Positions 1 to 9,278 of a stretch of 42,430 bases of DNA are shown here, piece after piece. The notes under the pieces were generated by a model. That model did not search any database. It worked only from the letters and a program-made list of their open reading frames with translations, and was not told the origin of the DNA. The stretch is taken from NCBI GenBank assembly GCA_051746405.1, contig JBNJFB010000018.1:1-42430 (forward strand), written 5' to 3'. This stretch comes from Campylobacterota bacterium. Its GTDB lineage: Bacteria; Campylobacterota; Campylobacteria; Campylobacterales; Arcobacteraceae. A program made the position numbers and the translations under genes. Position 1 is the stretch's first letter. The number at the start of each line of letters is the position of its first letter.

Positions 1-561
1 TGATTCTGAAAAGTTTAACTCTAGTGCTTTTTTTATACATCTTTTCTTTTCATCTAAGCTTGTATCTTTTGTAAAAATATACTCAAACTCATTTTCCCTA
101 TTTGATTTTAGGTGACAAACATAAAAAGTAGTTACTAAATCTTTTTTTAGTCTTATATCAGCTTTTATAGGTATTCTTGAAAATCTAAACTGCTTAGTAA
201 ACTTATGTTTTTTTAAACTTTTTTTATGTGGTTTGACTTCATGAATATTTTCTATTGGATATTTTGAAGCAATTGCAACAGTTGTAGTAATATATATAAG
301 CTCATCTTCAAAGTGACTTTTTGGCATATCTACTGTCTTAAAATATTTAAAACCTAAATCATAAGTTAAATCTCTTAATTCATCTTGTGAAAACACCTCT
401 TGAAAACCTATGATATCACAGTTCATTTTTAAAATCTGTGCTTTTATCCAAGAAGTTTTTTTACTCCACTGCTCTTTAGTAAATCTATCTTTCTTTTCAT
501 AATAACTGTATGGGGGTTTTACAAATTGAAATAGATTAAATGTTCCTACTTTTATTTTCAT
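1..561 (-). CDS. Endonuclease/exonuclease/phosphatase (EEP) family protein, 3' end runs off the window
   Basis: Not in the ORF track. Manual translation from the ATG at 561: MKIKVGTFNLFQF...CDIIGFQEVF...YVCHLKSNR. The TFN, QEV and HLKS motifs are typical of EEP hydrolases; the frame is open to position 1. Confidence 0.85.
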   Translation of the reverse strand, partial: MKIKVGTFNLFQFVKPPYSYYEKKDRFTKEQWSKKTSWIKAQILKMNCDIIGFQEVFSQDELRDLTYDLGFKYFKTVDMPKSHFEDELIYITTTVAIASKYPIENIHEVKPHKKSLKKHKFTKQFRFSRIPIKADIRLKKDLVTTFYVCHLKSNRENEFEYIFTKDTSLDEKKRCIKKALELNFSES

Positions 562-562
562 A

Positions 563-2167
563 CTATTTAAAACTATTTAAAACAATAGTTGTATTTCTCC
601 CTTTATCTTTAGCCATATAGAGTGCATCATCTGCTAATTTGTATAGTTTTGTACTAGATGGAATACTATTTGGTTCTTTTATTATTATACCAATTGAACA
701 TGTGAGATATTTACTTACTGGATTTTGTTCATGAGTTATCTTTAAGTTCTCTATTTCATTTCTTATTTTATTTGCATAATCTTCTACTTCTTTTGCTGTT
801 TTATTTGTAGTTAATATTGCAAACTCTTCACCACCTAATCTAAAAGCAAAATCATTTGCTCTATTTGAATTATCTTGTAGTACTTGTGCTATTTTTACAA
901 GAGTTGTATCGCCTTCTTGGTGACCATAGGTATCGTTATAATTTTTAAAGTAGTCAATATCAATCATTAAAAATGCAATAGAGTGACTCTCTCTTTTTGC
1001 TCTATTTATTTCATTTTCAATTACTTCATTAAAATGTCTTCTATTGTAAAGATTTGTTAAATCATCAGTTATTGATAAATATTCAACTTTTTTTACTATT
1101 TTATTTCTAGCTTCTAAAGTTTCATTTAAGCTATTAGCTAAAACTTCAAACTCCACAAAATCAAGTTTAGTAGTGTTTATTGGTTTAAAGTTTTTAGAAG
1201 CATATTTAAATGATACTAATAGATTATCAATATTGTTTTTCAAATATTTTGATAGTTTTTTTGATATAAAATATATAAAAATAGTTAATAAAATAAGAAG
1301 TATTAAAAGAGTTAGAATCTGTTTTAATACCATACTTTCATGGGTATTTGTTCTTAACTCAATCTCTTCATTTATATCATCAATATAAACACCACTTCCA
1401 ATTATCCAATTAAACTTTTCATAATATTTTACATAGCCAACTTTCTTAACTTCTTCGTTACTATTTAATTTTTTGAAGTTATAGTAGAAATATTTATTAT
1501 CACTATTTATAGCATTTAGTTGTTTTTCAAATAGTTCATTGTTTTTATAATCAGTTGGTTCTTTTAGGTAGTTCCCATCAAATACTAAAGCTTTTTTATC
1601 TATTCTATTTACATATATATAGCCATTTTTGCCAAATCTTATTTGAGCTATCTCTTTTAGTATCTCTTCTTTGGTAATCTTTTCTATATTTTCTACAGAC
1701 TCTTTTATTACAATATCCCAATTAAATGGTTCAAATTTTTTAGTAAAGCTAATCTTATCAGACTCTTTTTTATTATTTTCATTTATAGAAATATATAATC
1801 TGTTGTTTGAAAAGCTTTTATTTTTTAAAGTTGTTAGTATTAGATACTTTATCTCTTCATCTGTGAGTCTATTTTTATTGTCTTCATAGATATTAAGTGC
1901 AGTTTTATAAGCACTTAAAACTTCATCTTTTAGATTAGATTTAATTTTATTTAATATATTTTTCTCTTTTTGATTTATTCTATTATAGACTTTTGAGACT
2001 TCAGTTTTAATTTGCTCTTTTTTAATTTTTAAATAGTCATCTTTTATTCGATTAGTCTCTTTTTGAAAATTGTTAAATTGGAATATAATCGCAATCAAAA
2101 AAGTAAAAAGCACTGAGATAAAAGCAACTGAAAATATTGCTTTTGCAGTGATATCTGATAATTTCAT
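563..2167 (-). CDS. Membrane-bound Cache-domain diguanylate cyclase
   Basis: Two TM segments flank a Cache_2-like region (FGKNGYIYV, WIIGSGVY). C-terminal GGDEF domain with DDLTNLYNRR, DIDYFK, RLGGEEF and an RxxD I-site (RAND). Confidence 0.9.
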   Translation of the reverse strand: MKLSDITAKAIFSVAFISVLFTFLIAIIFQFNNFQKETNRIKDDYLKIKKEQIKTEVSKVYNRINQKEKNILNKIKSNLKDEVLSAYKTALNIYEDNKNRLTDEEIKYLILTTLKNKSFSNNRLYISINENNKKESDKISFTKKFEPFNWDIVIKESVENIEKITKEEILKEIAQIRFGKNGYIYVNRIDKKALVFDGNYLKEPTDYKNNELFEKQLNAINSDNKYFYYNFKKLNSNEEVKKVGYVKYYEKFNWIIGSGVYIDDINEEIELRTNTHESMVLKQILTLLILLILLTIFIYFISKKLSKYLKNNIDNLLVSFKYASKNFKPINTTKLDFVEFEVLANSLNETLEARNKIVKKVEYLSITDDLTNLYNRRHFNEVIENEINRAKRESHSIAFLMIDIDYFKNYNDTYGHQEGDTTLVKIAQVLQDNSNRANDFAFRLGGEEFAILTTNKTAKEVEDYANKIRNEIENLKITHEQNPVSKYLTCSIGIIIKEPNSIPSSTKLYKLADDALYMAKDKGRNTTIVLNSFK

Positions 2168-2297
2168 TTTTTAACCTACTTTGAAATTTATGTGAAGTTT
2201 ACTGTAATAATTGTTATCATTCAATAATAGATATAAGAAATTAATAAAAAATTAACAATTCTTAGATATATTTATAAAAAATAGCAAGGAAATTATT

Positions 2298-2756
2298 ATG
2301 TTAAAGAAAAGTATCTTACTGTTTGGAATTCTAAGTTCTGTTATCTTCGCATCTACTTTAAAAGTAGAAGATGCTTATGTTAGAGCAACTCCTCCAAATC
2401 TTCCAAATAGTGCTGCATTTATGGAAATCACAAACACTTCAAGTCAAGATGTGGCTTTAGTTAGTGCAAAATCAAATGCTTCAAATATAGTTGAACTTCA
2501 TACTCACGATATGAAAGATGGTGTTATGAAAATGTATCAAGTACCAAAAATTGATATAAAACCAAACTCAACTACGGTTTTAAAACCAGGTGGTTTTCAT
2601 GTGATGTTAATTGATTTAAAAAACAAGCCTTTAAAAGAGGGTATGAAAATTGATGTACAACTTACATTTTCAAATGGTGAAACTATAGATATAAAAGCTC
2701 CTGTTAAAAAAGTAATGGCAGGAATGATGATGAAAAATCATGGTATGAAACATTAG
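2298..2756 (+). CDS. Periplasmic copper chaperone, PCu(A)C family
   Basis: Signal peptide; ELHTHDMKDGVMKM...PGGFHVML (H-x10-M-x21-H-x-M type motif); Met/His-rich C-terminal tail. Confidence 0.92.
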   Translation: MLKKSILLFGILSSVIFASTLKVEDAYVRATPPNLPNSAAFMEITNTSSQDVALVSAKSNASNIVELHTHDMKDGVMKMYQVPKIDIKPNSTTVLKPGGFHVMLIDLKNKPLKEGMKIDVQLTFSNGETIDIKAPVKKVMAGMMMKNHGMKH

Positions 2757-2759
2757 CAA

Positions 2760-3227
2760 ATGAATAAAACTTTAATTATTCAAGTAGTAGTTATAACTTC
2801 AATAGTTGCAGGATATTTTTTAATAGATTTTAATAAAGTATATACTTATTTTAAGCCAAATGTAGATTTTAAGGTGCAAGCAACAACTTGTGATTTACAT
2901 AAAACAGCTTGCGAAGTTAAATTAAATGAGCAAAATAAGTTTACACTAGAGGTGTTTCCTAAATCAATTCCTTTAATGGAAGAGTTAAAGTTTGTATTAA
3001 AAACAAATAAAGAGCTTGAAGAGAATAGTAGTTTAAATATTTATGCAACAAATATGTTTATGGGATATTTTAACTTGAATTTTAAAAAGTCAAAAGAGGG
3101 TGTTTATATAGCAAAAGGTACACTTCCCACTTGTCCTGTGGGAAATATGAAGTGGAATGCAGATATAGAACTTGGCGGAATGATAAATCCCCAAGGTGTT
3201 AGATTTAAATTTCAAACAACAAGGTAA
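2760..3227 (+). CDS. Hypothetical membrane-anchored protein with Cys motifs, co-transcribed with Cu chaperones
   Basis: N-terminal TM; CDLHKTAC, NMFMG and LPTC motifs; 3-bp gaps to both neighbours. Confidence 0.75.
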   Translation: MNKTLIIQVVVITSIVAGYFLIDFNKVYTYFKPNVDFKVQATTCDLHKTACEVKLNEQNKFTLEVFPKSIPLMEELKFVLKTNKELEENSSLNIYATNMFMGYFNLNFKKSKEGVYIAKGTLPTCPVGNMKWNADIELGGMINPQGVRFKFQTTR

Positions 3228-3230
3228 AAT

Positions 3231-3806
3231 ATGAATAAAAAAATAGTGTCCTATTTGGCTTCTATTGCCATTGCAGTGGGATTGATATTGATTATAAAAC
3301 CATATATAGAAAATAGTAAAGAAAAAAATAAATATGATTTTGAAGTGAAAAGTGTTGATGGTACAATAAACAAAGATAGCTTCAAAGGGAAGGTTTTAGC
3401 TGTATATTTTGGTTATACCTTCTGTCCTGATGTTTGTCCTACTTCTCTTAGTAGGTTAGCTTATGCATTAGATGAGATAGATGAAAAAAAAGTAAAAAAT
3501 AGTTTCGCAGGTCTTTTTATATCAGTTGACCCAAAAAGGGATAAATTAAAAGATTTAGACTCCTATGCAAAATATTTTCATCCAAACTTTAAAGGTGCGA
3601 CTTCAAATAAAGAAAATATTGATGATATTGTAAAAAGATATGGAACATACTATAAAAAAGTAGATTTAGAAGACTCATCAATGGGCTATTCAGTAGCACA
3701 TACATCATATATCTATTTTTTTGATAAACAAGGAAATTTTATCAAAAAGGTTGATCACTTCTCCAACCCTAAAGAGATTAAAGAGGTTTTAAAGTCACTA
3801 CTTTAA
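3231..3806 (+). CDS. SCO1/SenC family copper-binding protein
   Basis: N-terminal TM, YFGYTFCPDVCP (CxxxC), FISVDPKRD, conserved His in YSVAHTS. Confidence 0.93.
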   Translation: MNKKIVSYLASIAIAVGLILIIKPYIENSKEKNKYDFEVKSVDGTINKDSFKGKVLAVYFGYTFCPDVCPTSLSRLAYALDEIDEKKVKNSFAGLFISVDPKRDKLKDLDSYAKYFHPNFKGATSNKENIDDIVKRYGTYYKKVDLEDSSMGYSVAHTSYIYFFDKQGNFIKKVDHFSNPKEIKEVLKSLL

Positions 3807-3814
3807 AACCTTTT
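3784..3814 (+). terminator. Intrinsic terminator overlapping the SCO stop codon
   Basis: AGGTTTTAAAGT-CACT-ACTTTAAAACCT (12-bp perfect stem) followed by TTT. Confidence 0.6.
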
Positions 3815-3898
3815 GTTAAGCTAGTGTTAAACAAGGGTTTAAACTTCATTAAATAGTTTATAGTACAATTTTAATAACAAAACAAAAAGGATTGTATT

Positions 3899-4366
3899 AT
3901 GAATAAATCAAAAATTTTAGCTAGTGTTATGTTAGGTGCAGTTTTATCAACATCTTTATTTGCTTCAAACCATAAGCAAATGTGTGATAAAAATGGTATG
4001 AAAAAACAGCATATGATGAAACATAAAATGCAAAAGAGAAATATGTTTTTTTCTACAATAAAGAGTCTAAACTTATCTGATAATCAAAAAGAGCAAATAA
4101 GAGATATCATGCGAAGCTCAAAACAAAATAAAAAGAGATTAAATGATACTTTTACACAAGAGTCATTTAACAAAGAGATGTTTATAAAAATGATGAGTGA
4201 AAAAAGAGAAAATATGATAAAATTAAAAGCTTTAAAAATCGAAAAGATTTATGAAGTTTTAGACAAAGAACAGAAAAAACAGTTTAAAACTTTAATAGAT
4301 TTAAAAACTCAAAAAATGTCAAATAGAGGAAAAGGCTTTGATAAAAATTGCCATGATAGAAGATGA
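3899..4366 (+). CDS. Spy/CpxP family periplasmic chaperone/adaptor
   Basis: Signal peptide, Met/His/Lys-rich N-terminus, two LTxxQ-like motifs (LNLSDNQKEQ, VLDKEQKKQF), directly upstream of a two-component system. Confidence 0.8.
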   Translation: MNKSKILASVMLGAVLSTSLFASNHKQMCDKNGMKKQHMMKHKMQKRNMFFSTIKSLNLSDNQKEQIRDIMRSSKQNKKRLNDTFTQESFNKEMFIKMMSEKRENMIKLKALKIEKIYEVLDKEQKKQFKTLIDLKTQKMSNRGKGFDKNCHDRR

Positions 4367-5015
4367 TCTAGAACTAGCAAATGTTCTAACTCAATATCTA
4401 CAAAAATATAATATAGAAGTAGAAAACTATGAAGAGCCATTTATGGCTCTTTCATCTTTAAAAATAAAAAAGTATGACTTAATAATCTTAGATTTAACTC
4501 TACCTGGAATGGATGGCTTGGATGTTTGTCAAAAAATAGTAAAAGATTTCAGTATTCCTATAATAATCTCAAGTGCAAGAAGTGATATAACTGATAAAGT
4601 TACAGCCTTACAATTAGGGGCTGATGATTACTTACCAAAACCTTATGACCCAAGGGAGTTAGAAGTTAGAATAAAAACTATTCTTAGAAGGTTTAATAAT
4701 ACACCTGATTTAAAAGAAGAGACTCAAAAAACTTTTGAGCTTGATGAATCAAAAAAACAAATAACAAAAAATAAAGATTATGTTAAACTAACAGCGGCTG
4801 AATATGAAGTATTGTCATTAATGATAAAAAGAGAGAACTTTGTGATTTCAAGAGAGGAGATATTTGAAAACTCTGATTTGATGAATCAAGATTATGAAAA
4901 TTCAGGCTCTTTAGCTGTAATAATAAACAGAATTAGACATAAAATAGAAGATAATTCAAAGAAGCCAAAGTATATACAAACAATTCGAGGAATGGGGTAT
5001 AAATTTACACAATGA
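4338..5015 (+). CDS. OmpR-family response regulator (CprR/ArsR-like)
   Basis: TTG start with GAGGA RBS; REC domain (IEDD, LDLTLPGMDG, GADDYLPKPY) and winged helix (IQTIRGMGYK). Confidence 0.93.
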   Translation: MIKIAMIEDDLELANVLTQYLQKYNIEVENYEEPFMALSSLKIKKYDLIILDLTLPGMDGLDVCQKIVKDFSIPIIISSARSDITDKVTALQLGADDYLPKPYDPRELEVRIKTILRRFNNTPDLKEETQKTFELDESKKQITKNKDYVKLTAAEYEVLSLMIKRENFVISREEIFENSDLMNQDYENSGSLAVIINRIRHKIEDNSKKPKYIQTIRGMGYKFTQ

Positions 5016-6268
5016 ACAAATCATCAATATTTTTTACAATAACATTTAGTTTTTTAATATCTATTGCATTAGTGATAGTTAGTTTTTTTATTTTAATTAC
5101 ACACAATTATAATAAGAGTGAAAATGAGCTTTTAAATAGATATGTACCAATAATAAAAAGAGTAATGAAAAACTATCAAAGAAACCACGATATACAAAAA
5201 GAGTTAGTTGAGAATCTAAATCAATTTAATTATGAAATCTATTTAGAAAAATCTAAAATAAATGCAGTAACCTATAATCCAAAAACAAAAATTTTAGTTG
5301 AAAGAAAATCTATAAAAAGAAGTAAGTTATTTAGAGTGTTAAGGTTAAAAGATAATAATTATATTTATATGATAGATAAGGGTAATACTATTTTAATAAA
5401 AGATAATAATAGTATTAGTCATAATGGGAATTTATATATTTTCTTAGTTTTTTCCATAGTTATAATTACAATAGTTTTAATGTATTTAATAACTCTTAGA
5501 AAACTAATGCCACTTAAACTTTTAAAAGACAAAGTTAAAACCTTAGGGGATGAAAACTTTGATTTTGAGTGTTGTAATCTTGATGGAAAAGATGAAGTTT
5601 CACTTTTGGCAATTGAGTTTAAAAACTCAGCACAAAAACTAAAAGATGTAAAAGAGGCTAGAAATGTATTTATAAGAAATATAATGCATGAATTAAAAAC
5701 TCCAATTACAAAAGGTAAATTTTTAACTGAGTTAGATAGAAGTGAAGAGAACAATGAAAAACTAAAAAAAGTATTTATAAGACTTGAATCTTTGATAAAT
5801 GAGTTTGCATCTATTGAGGAGTTGATAGCTTCAACAAAAAATATAGAACAAAAAGTCTATTTTTTAGATGATATAGTTGATAATGCAAAAGATGCTTTAA
5901 TGTTAGATGATGAGTCAATAGTAACTAATTATGACAATATAAAAATAAAGGTTAACTTTAAGCTATTTTCAATAGCTGTTAAAAACTTAATAGACAATGC
6001 TATAAAATACTCTGATGATGCAACAGTAACTATAAAGCTTGAAAATGAAAATATAGTTTTTGAAAATAGAGGTAAAGGACTAGAAGAGTCTTTAGATAAC
6101 TACTTTGAACCATTTTGGTCAGGTAGTAGACAAAAAGATAACTCATTTGGTCTTGGATTATATATAGTTTATAATATTCTAAAAGCAAATAATTATATTT
6201 TAGATTATGAGTATAGTAATAATATTAATAGGTTTATTTGTAAAAAGGATAAATCATCTACGACATAG
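5012..6268 (+). CDS. ArsS/CprS-family sensor histidine kinase
   Basis: Two TMs, HAMP (DEVSLLA), H-box IMHELKTP, N-box NLIDNAIKY, G2 FGLGLYIV. Confidence 0.92.
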   Translation: MNKSSIFFTITFSFLISIALVIVSFFILITHNYNKSENELLNRYVPIIKRVMKNYQRNHDIQKELVENLNQFNYEIYLEKSKINAVTYNPKTKILVERKSIKRSKLFRVLRLKDNNYIYMIDKGNTILIKDNNSISHNGNLYIFLVFSIVIITIVLMYLITLRKLMPLKLLKDKVKTLGDENFDFECCNLDGKDEVSLLAIEFKNSAQKLKDVKEARNVFIRNIMHELKTPITKGKFLTELDRSEENNEKLKKVFIRLESLINEFASIEELIASTKNIEQKVYFLDDIVDNAKDALMLDDESIVTNYDNIKIKVNFKLFSIAVKNLIDNAIKYSDDATVTIKLENENIVFENRGKGLEESLDNYFEPFWSGSRQKDNSFGLGLYIVYNILKANNYILDYEYSNNINRFICKKDKSSTT

Positions 6269-7404
6269 CTATTATTGGTGCAGGAGCAAGTGGACTTATG
6301 CTTGCTTCAAAACTAGATAAGAAAAAATTTAAAAAAATATGTATTATTGATGGAAATCACAAAGTAGGTGAAAAAATAAAAGTCTCAGGTGGAGGTAAGT
6401 GTAATATTACAAATGAATATGTAACCTCAAAGAACTATTTAGGTGATAATAACTTAGTTAAAGATGTATTAGATAGTTTTTCAAAAGATGATTTATTAAC
6501 ATTTTTAAATAAAAATAGTCTTCATGTAAAACTAAACCCCAAAATTGTAAAAGGAACTTATTTTTGTAACTTTTCAAATGATGTAATTGAGATGTTTTTA
6601 AGGCTAACAACTCATGTACAAAAGTATCTTAATACAAAAGTTTTAGATGTGGATTTTAAAGAGTATTTTACTATTAAAACCAATAAACAAAATATTCAAG
6701 CAAAAAAAGTAGTAGTAGCAAGTGGAGGATTGTCTTATCCAAAGTTAAATGCTACTTCCATAGCTTATGATATAGCAAAAAAATTTAATCATGATATTAG
6801 TAAATTAGACCCAGCACTTGTTGGTTTTACTGTACAAAAAGAGCAGTTTTGGTTTAAAAATCTATCTGGGATTTCAACTTATGTGAATATATTTGTAGAG
6901 GGTAAAAAAGTTGAAGGCTCACTGCTTTTTGCTCATAAAGGATGCTCTGGACCTGCTATTTTAACAACTTCACTTTATTGGAATAAGGGAAAAATAGCAA
7001 TTGATTTCTTGCCAAATGATAATATTGACAAATATCTCAAAAGTAATAAAAATATAACAACAGCTCTTCCTTTTGCAAAAAGATTTACACAAGAGTTTTT
7101 AGCCTCTATAGATTTAAAAGATAAGCAAATAAGTAAATTAACCCATGAAGAAAAAAATAGACTAATGCTTTTGAAATACTATGAGTTTGCACCTGCAGGT
7201 AATTTTGGGTATTCAAAAGCTGAGGTTACAAAAGGTGGAATTGAAACAACTCAATTAAACTGTTTTGAAAGTAAAAAACAAAAAGAACTTTATTTTATAG
7301 GTGAGTGCTTAAATGTTACAGGGGAGTTAGGTGGCTTTAACTTCCAGTTTGCTTTTTCAAGTGCGGTTAAATGTGCAGAAAATATCAATAATAACAAAAA
7401 CTAA
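6256..7404 (+). CDS. HI0933/YhiN family NAD(P)/FAD-dependent flavoprotein; start probably ATC at 6256 (or 6253), not ATG 6298
   Basis: KIKVSGGGKCNITN, ASGGLSYP, AEVTKGG, GELGGFNFQFAFSS. The FAD-binding motif YDIAIIGAGASG lies in frame upstream of the ATG at 6298. Confidence 0.88.
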   Translation: MYDIAIIGAGASGLMLASKLDKKKFKKICIIDGNHKVGEKIKVSGGGKCNITNEYVTSKNYLGDNNLVKDVLDSFSKDDLLTFLNKNSLHVKLNPKIVKGTYFCNFSNDVIEMFLRLTTHVQKYLNTKVLDVDFKEYFTIKTNKQNIQAKKVVVASGGLSYPKLNATSIAYDIAKKFNHDISKLDPALVGFTVQKEQFWFKNLSGISTYVNIFVEGKKVEGSLLFAHKGCSGPAILTTSLYWNKGKIAIDFLPNDNIDKYLKSNKNITTALPFAKRFTQEFLASIDLKDKQISKLTHEEKNRLMLLKYYEFAPAGNFGYSKAEVTKGGIETTQLNCFESKKQKELYFIGECLNVTGELGGFNFQFAFSSAVKCAENINNNKN

Positions 7405-7490
7405 AATTTACTTAATAAATAATTTATTAAAATTGAGATAATATATTTTTATAAAGAATTATTATTAAGAACTTAACTAAGGTTAGAACT

Positions 7491-8891
7491 ATGCTTTTTG
7501 GAAATAAAAAACTTCAAGATGAAAACACCAATTTAAGAGATGAAATAGCCACTCTTAAACAACAATTGTCTTCTAAAGATAAACAAATAGACTCTTTAGA
7601 AAACCAACTTTCAAGTGCAACAGCCTCAAAAGATGAGTGTGAGAAGTATCAAGAGACAATAGAGCTTTTTAAACAAATAGCTTCCCTATCTCAAGAAGAG
7701 GGACTAGTAGTATTTTCACCAAATGATGAACTATTTTTTGTGAACACTTTAGCAAAATCAAATATCACAAACTATGATGTTGTGTTAAATGCTGTTAAAA
7801 GTAATAGTGATACTTTAATAATGGATGATTGTGAAGCTAGTGTTGTTATAAAAAAACATGAGGGATATAGTATTGTATCTTTAAGAAAAACTTCAATTCA
7901 TGATAATAAAGATGGTGGGTTACTAAAAAGACATAATAAAAATATGACAAGATCTTTAAGTACAACTCAAAATGCTTACTTATCACTATTAGATGAGTTA
8001 AGTGCCATGAAAAAAGAGTCTAAAGAGACAGCTGATGGTTCAACTGATGGGTTAAACCTAACAACTGATATAGTAAAAGATACCCAATATTTACAAACAG
8101 AGATACAAAAAGAGAATGAAGTTGTAGGTTCTTTAGTTTCAAAAAGTAAAGATATATCAGAAGTTATTAATATGATTCAAGAAATAGCTTTCCAAACAAA
8201 TATTTTAAGTTTAAATGCAGCAGTAGAAGCAGCAACCGCAGGTGAAGCTGGAAAAGGTTTTGCAGTTGTTGCTCAAGAGGTTAGAAACCTAGCAAATAGA
8301 AGTGCAGATGCAGCAACACAGATTAAAAGTGTAGTTGATACAATTCAAGAAGACACTGCTAAAATACAAAGTAGTTCACAAGTAGTTGGTAAAGGTATTG
8401 ATGAAACTAAAGTAAGAGTTGATAAACTAAGTACTTTAATGTATAGTTTCCAAAGAAATGCTAATAGGTCAGTTTATGAAGTTGAAAATGTATCAAATAA
8501 AATCTTTATAAACCTAGCAAAATTAGACCATGTTATTTATAAAAACAATCTATATCAATTAATTTTCGGAGGTGAACATAACTTTAAAGCAGTTGACCAT
8601 CATAACTGTAGATTAGGTAAGTGGTATGATAATGGCTTAGGAAAAGAGGAGTTTAGTTTTGTGCCTTCATATAGAAGTCTAGAAAAACATCATGCTATTG
8701 TTCATGATGAAGCTAACTTATTAGCAAAAGAGTGTTCAGGACACTCAGTTTCGTGTTCAAAACAGCTAATTGAAGATAAAATAGAGTTAGTTGAAAATGC
8801 AAGTGAAAATGTATTTATCTATTTAGATAAAATACTTGAAGAGAAAAATGAAGCAGTTATGAAAGAAGCTGCAGATAAACTATTTGATTAA
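7491..8891 (+). CDS. Soluble chemoreceptor with C-terminal CZB domain (TlpD-like)
   Basis: No TM; MCP hairpin [37 protein letters not shown] motifs [21 protein letters not shown]. Confidence 0.92.
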   Translation: MLFGNKKLQDENTNLRDEIATLKQQLSSKDKQIDSLENQLSSATASKDECEKYQETIELFKQIASLSQEEGLVVFSPNDELFFVNTLAKSNITNYDVVLNAVKSNSDTLIMDDCEASVVIKKHEGYSIVSLRKTSIHDNKDGGLLKRHNKNMTRSLSTTQNAYLSLLDELSAMKKESKETADGSTDGLNLTTDIVKDTQYLQTEIQKENEVVGSLVSKSKDISEVINMIQEIAFQTNILSLNAAVEAATAGEAGKGFAVVAQEVRNLANRSADAATQIKSVVDTIQEDTAKIQSSSQVVGKGIDETKVRVDKLSTLMYSFQRNANRSVYEVENVSNKIFINLAKLDHVIYKNNLYQLIFGGEHNFKAVDHHNCRLGKWYDNGLGKEEFSFVPSYRSLEKHHAIVHDEANLLAKECSGHSVSCSKQLIEDKIELVENASENVFIYLDKILEEKNEAVMKEAADKLFD

Positions 8892-8900
8892 GGATTACTT

Positions 8901-9275
8901 ATGGATGAGAAATATAAAATTTTAGTAATTGATGATGAAACAGAGATTTTAAATATGTTAAGTAGATATTTAAATAGGTCAGGTAATTATGCTGTAACAA
9001 CATATGCAAACCCTTTAGTTGCAATTGATAACTTAAAGGGTAGCGAGTATGACTTGGTTTTACTTGACATAATGATGCCACAGATGAATGGACTTGATGC
9101 TTTAGAAAAAATCAAAGAGATAAATCCTAAGCAAAAAATTATTATGATGACTGCATACTCTACTCTTGATAAGGTTTTAAAATCACACAAAGAGGGTGCT
9201 ACAAACTATGTAATGAAGCCTTTTGATTCTTTATCTTCCCTAGAAAGTAAAATATTAAAAGAGTTGAAGTCCTAG
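8901..9275 (+). CDS. Single-domain response regulator (REC only)
   Basis: VIDDE, LLDIMMPQMNG, MMTA, YVMKP; no output domain. Confidence 0.9.
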   Translation: MDEKYKILVIDDETEILNMLSRYLNRSGNYAVTTYANPLVAIDNLKGSEYDLVLLDIMMPQMNGLDALEKIKEINPKQKIIMMTAYSTLDKVLKSHKEGATNYVMKPFDSLSSLESKILKELKS

Positions 9276-9278
9276 AAG

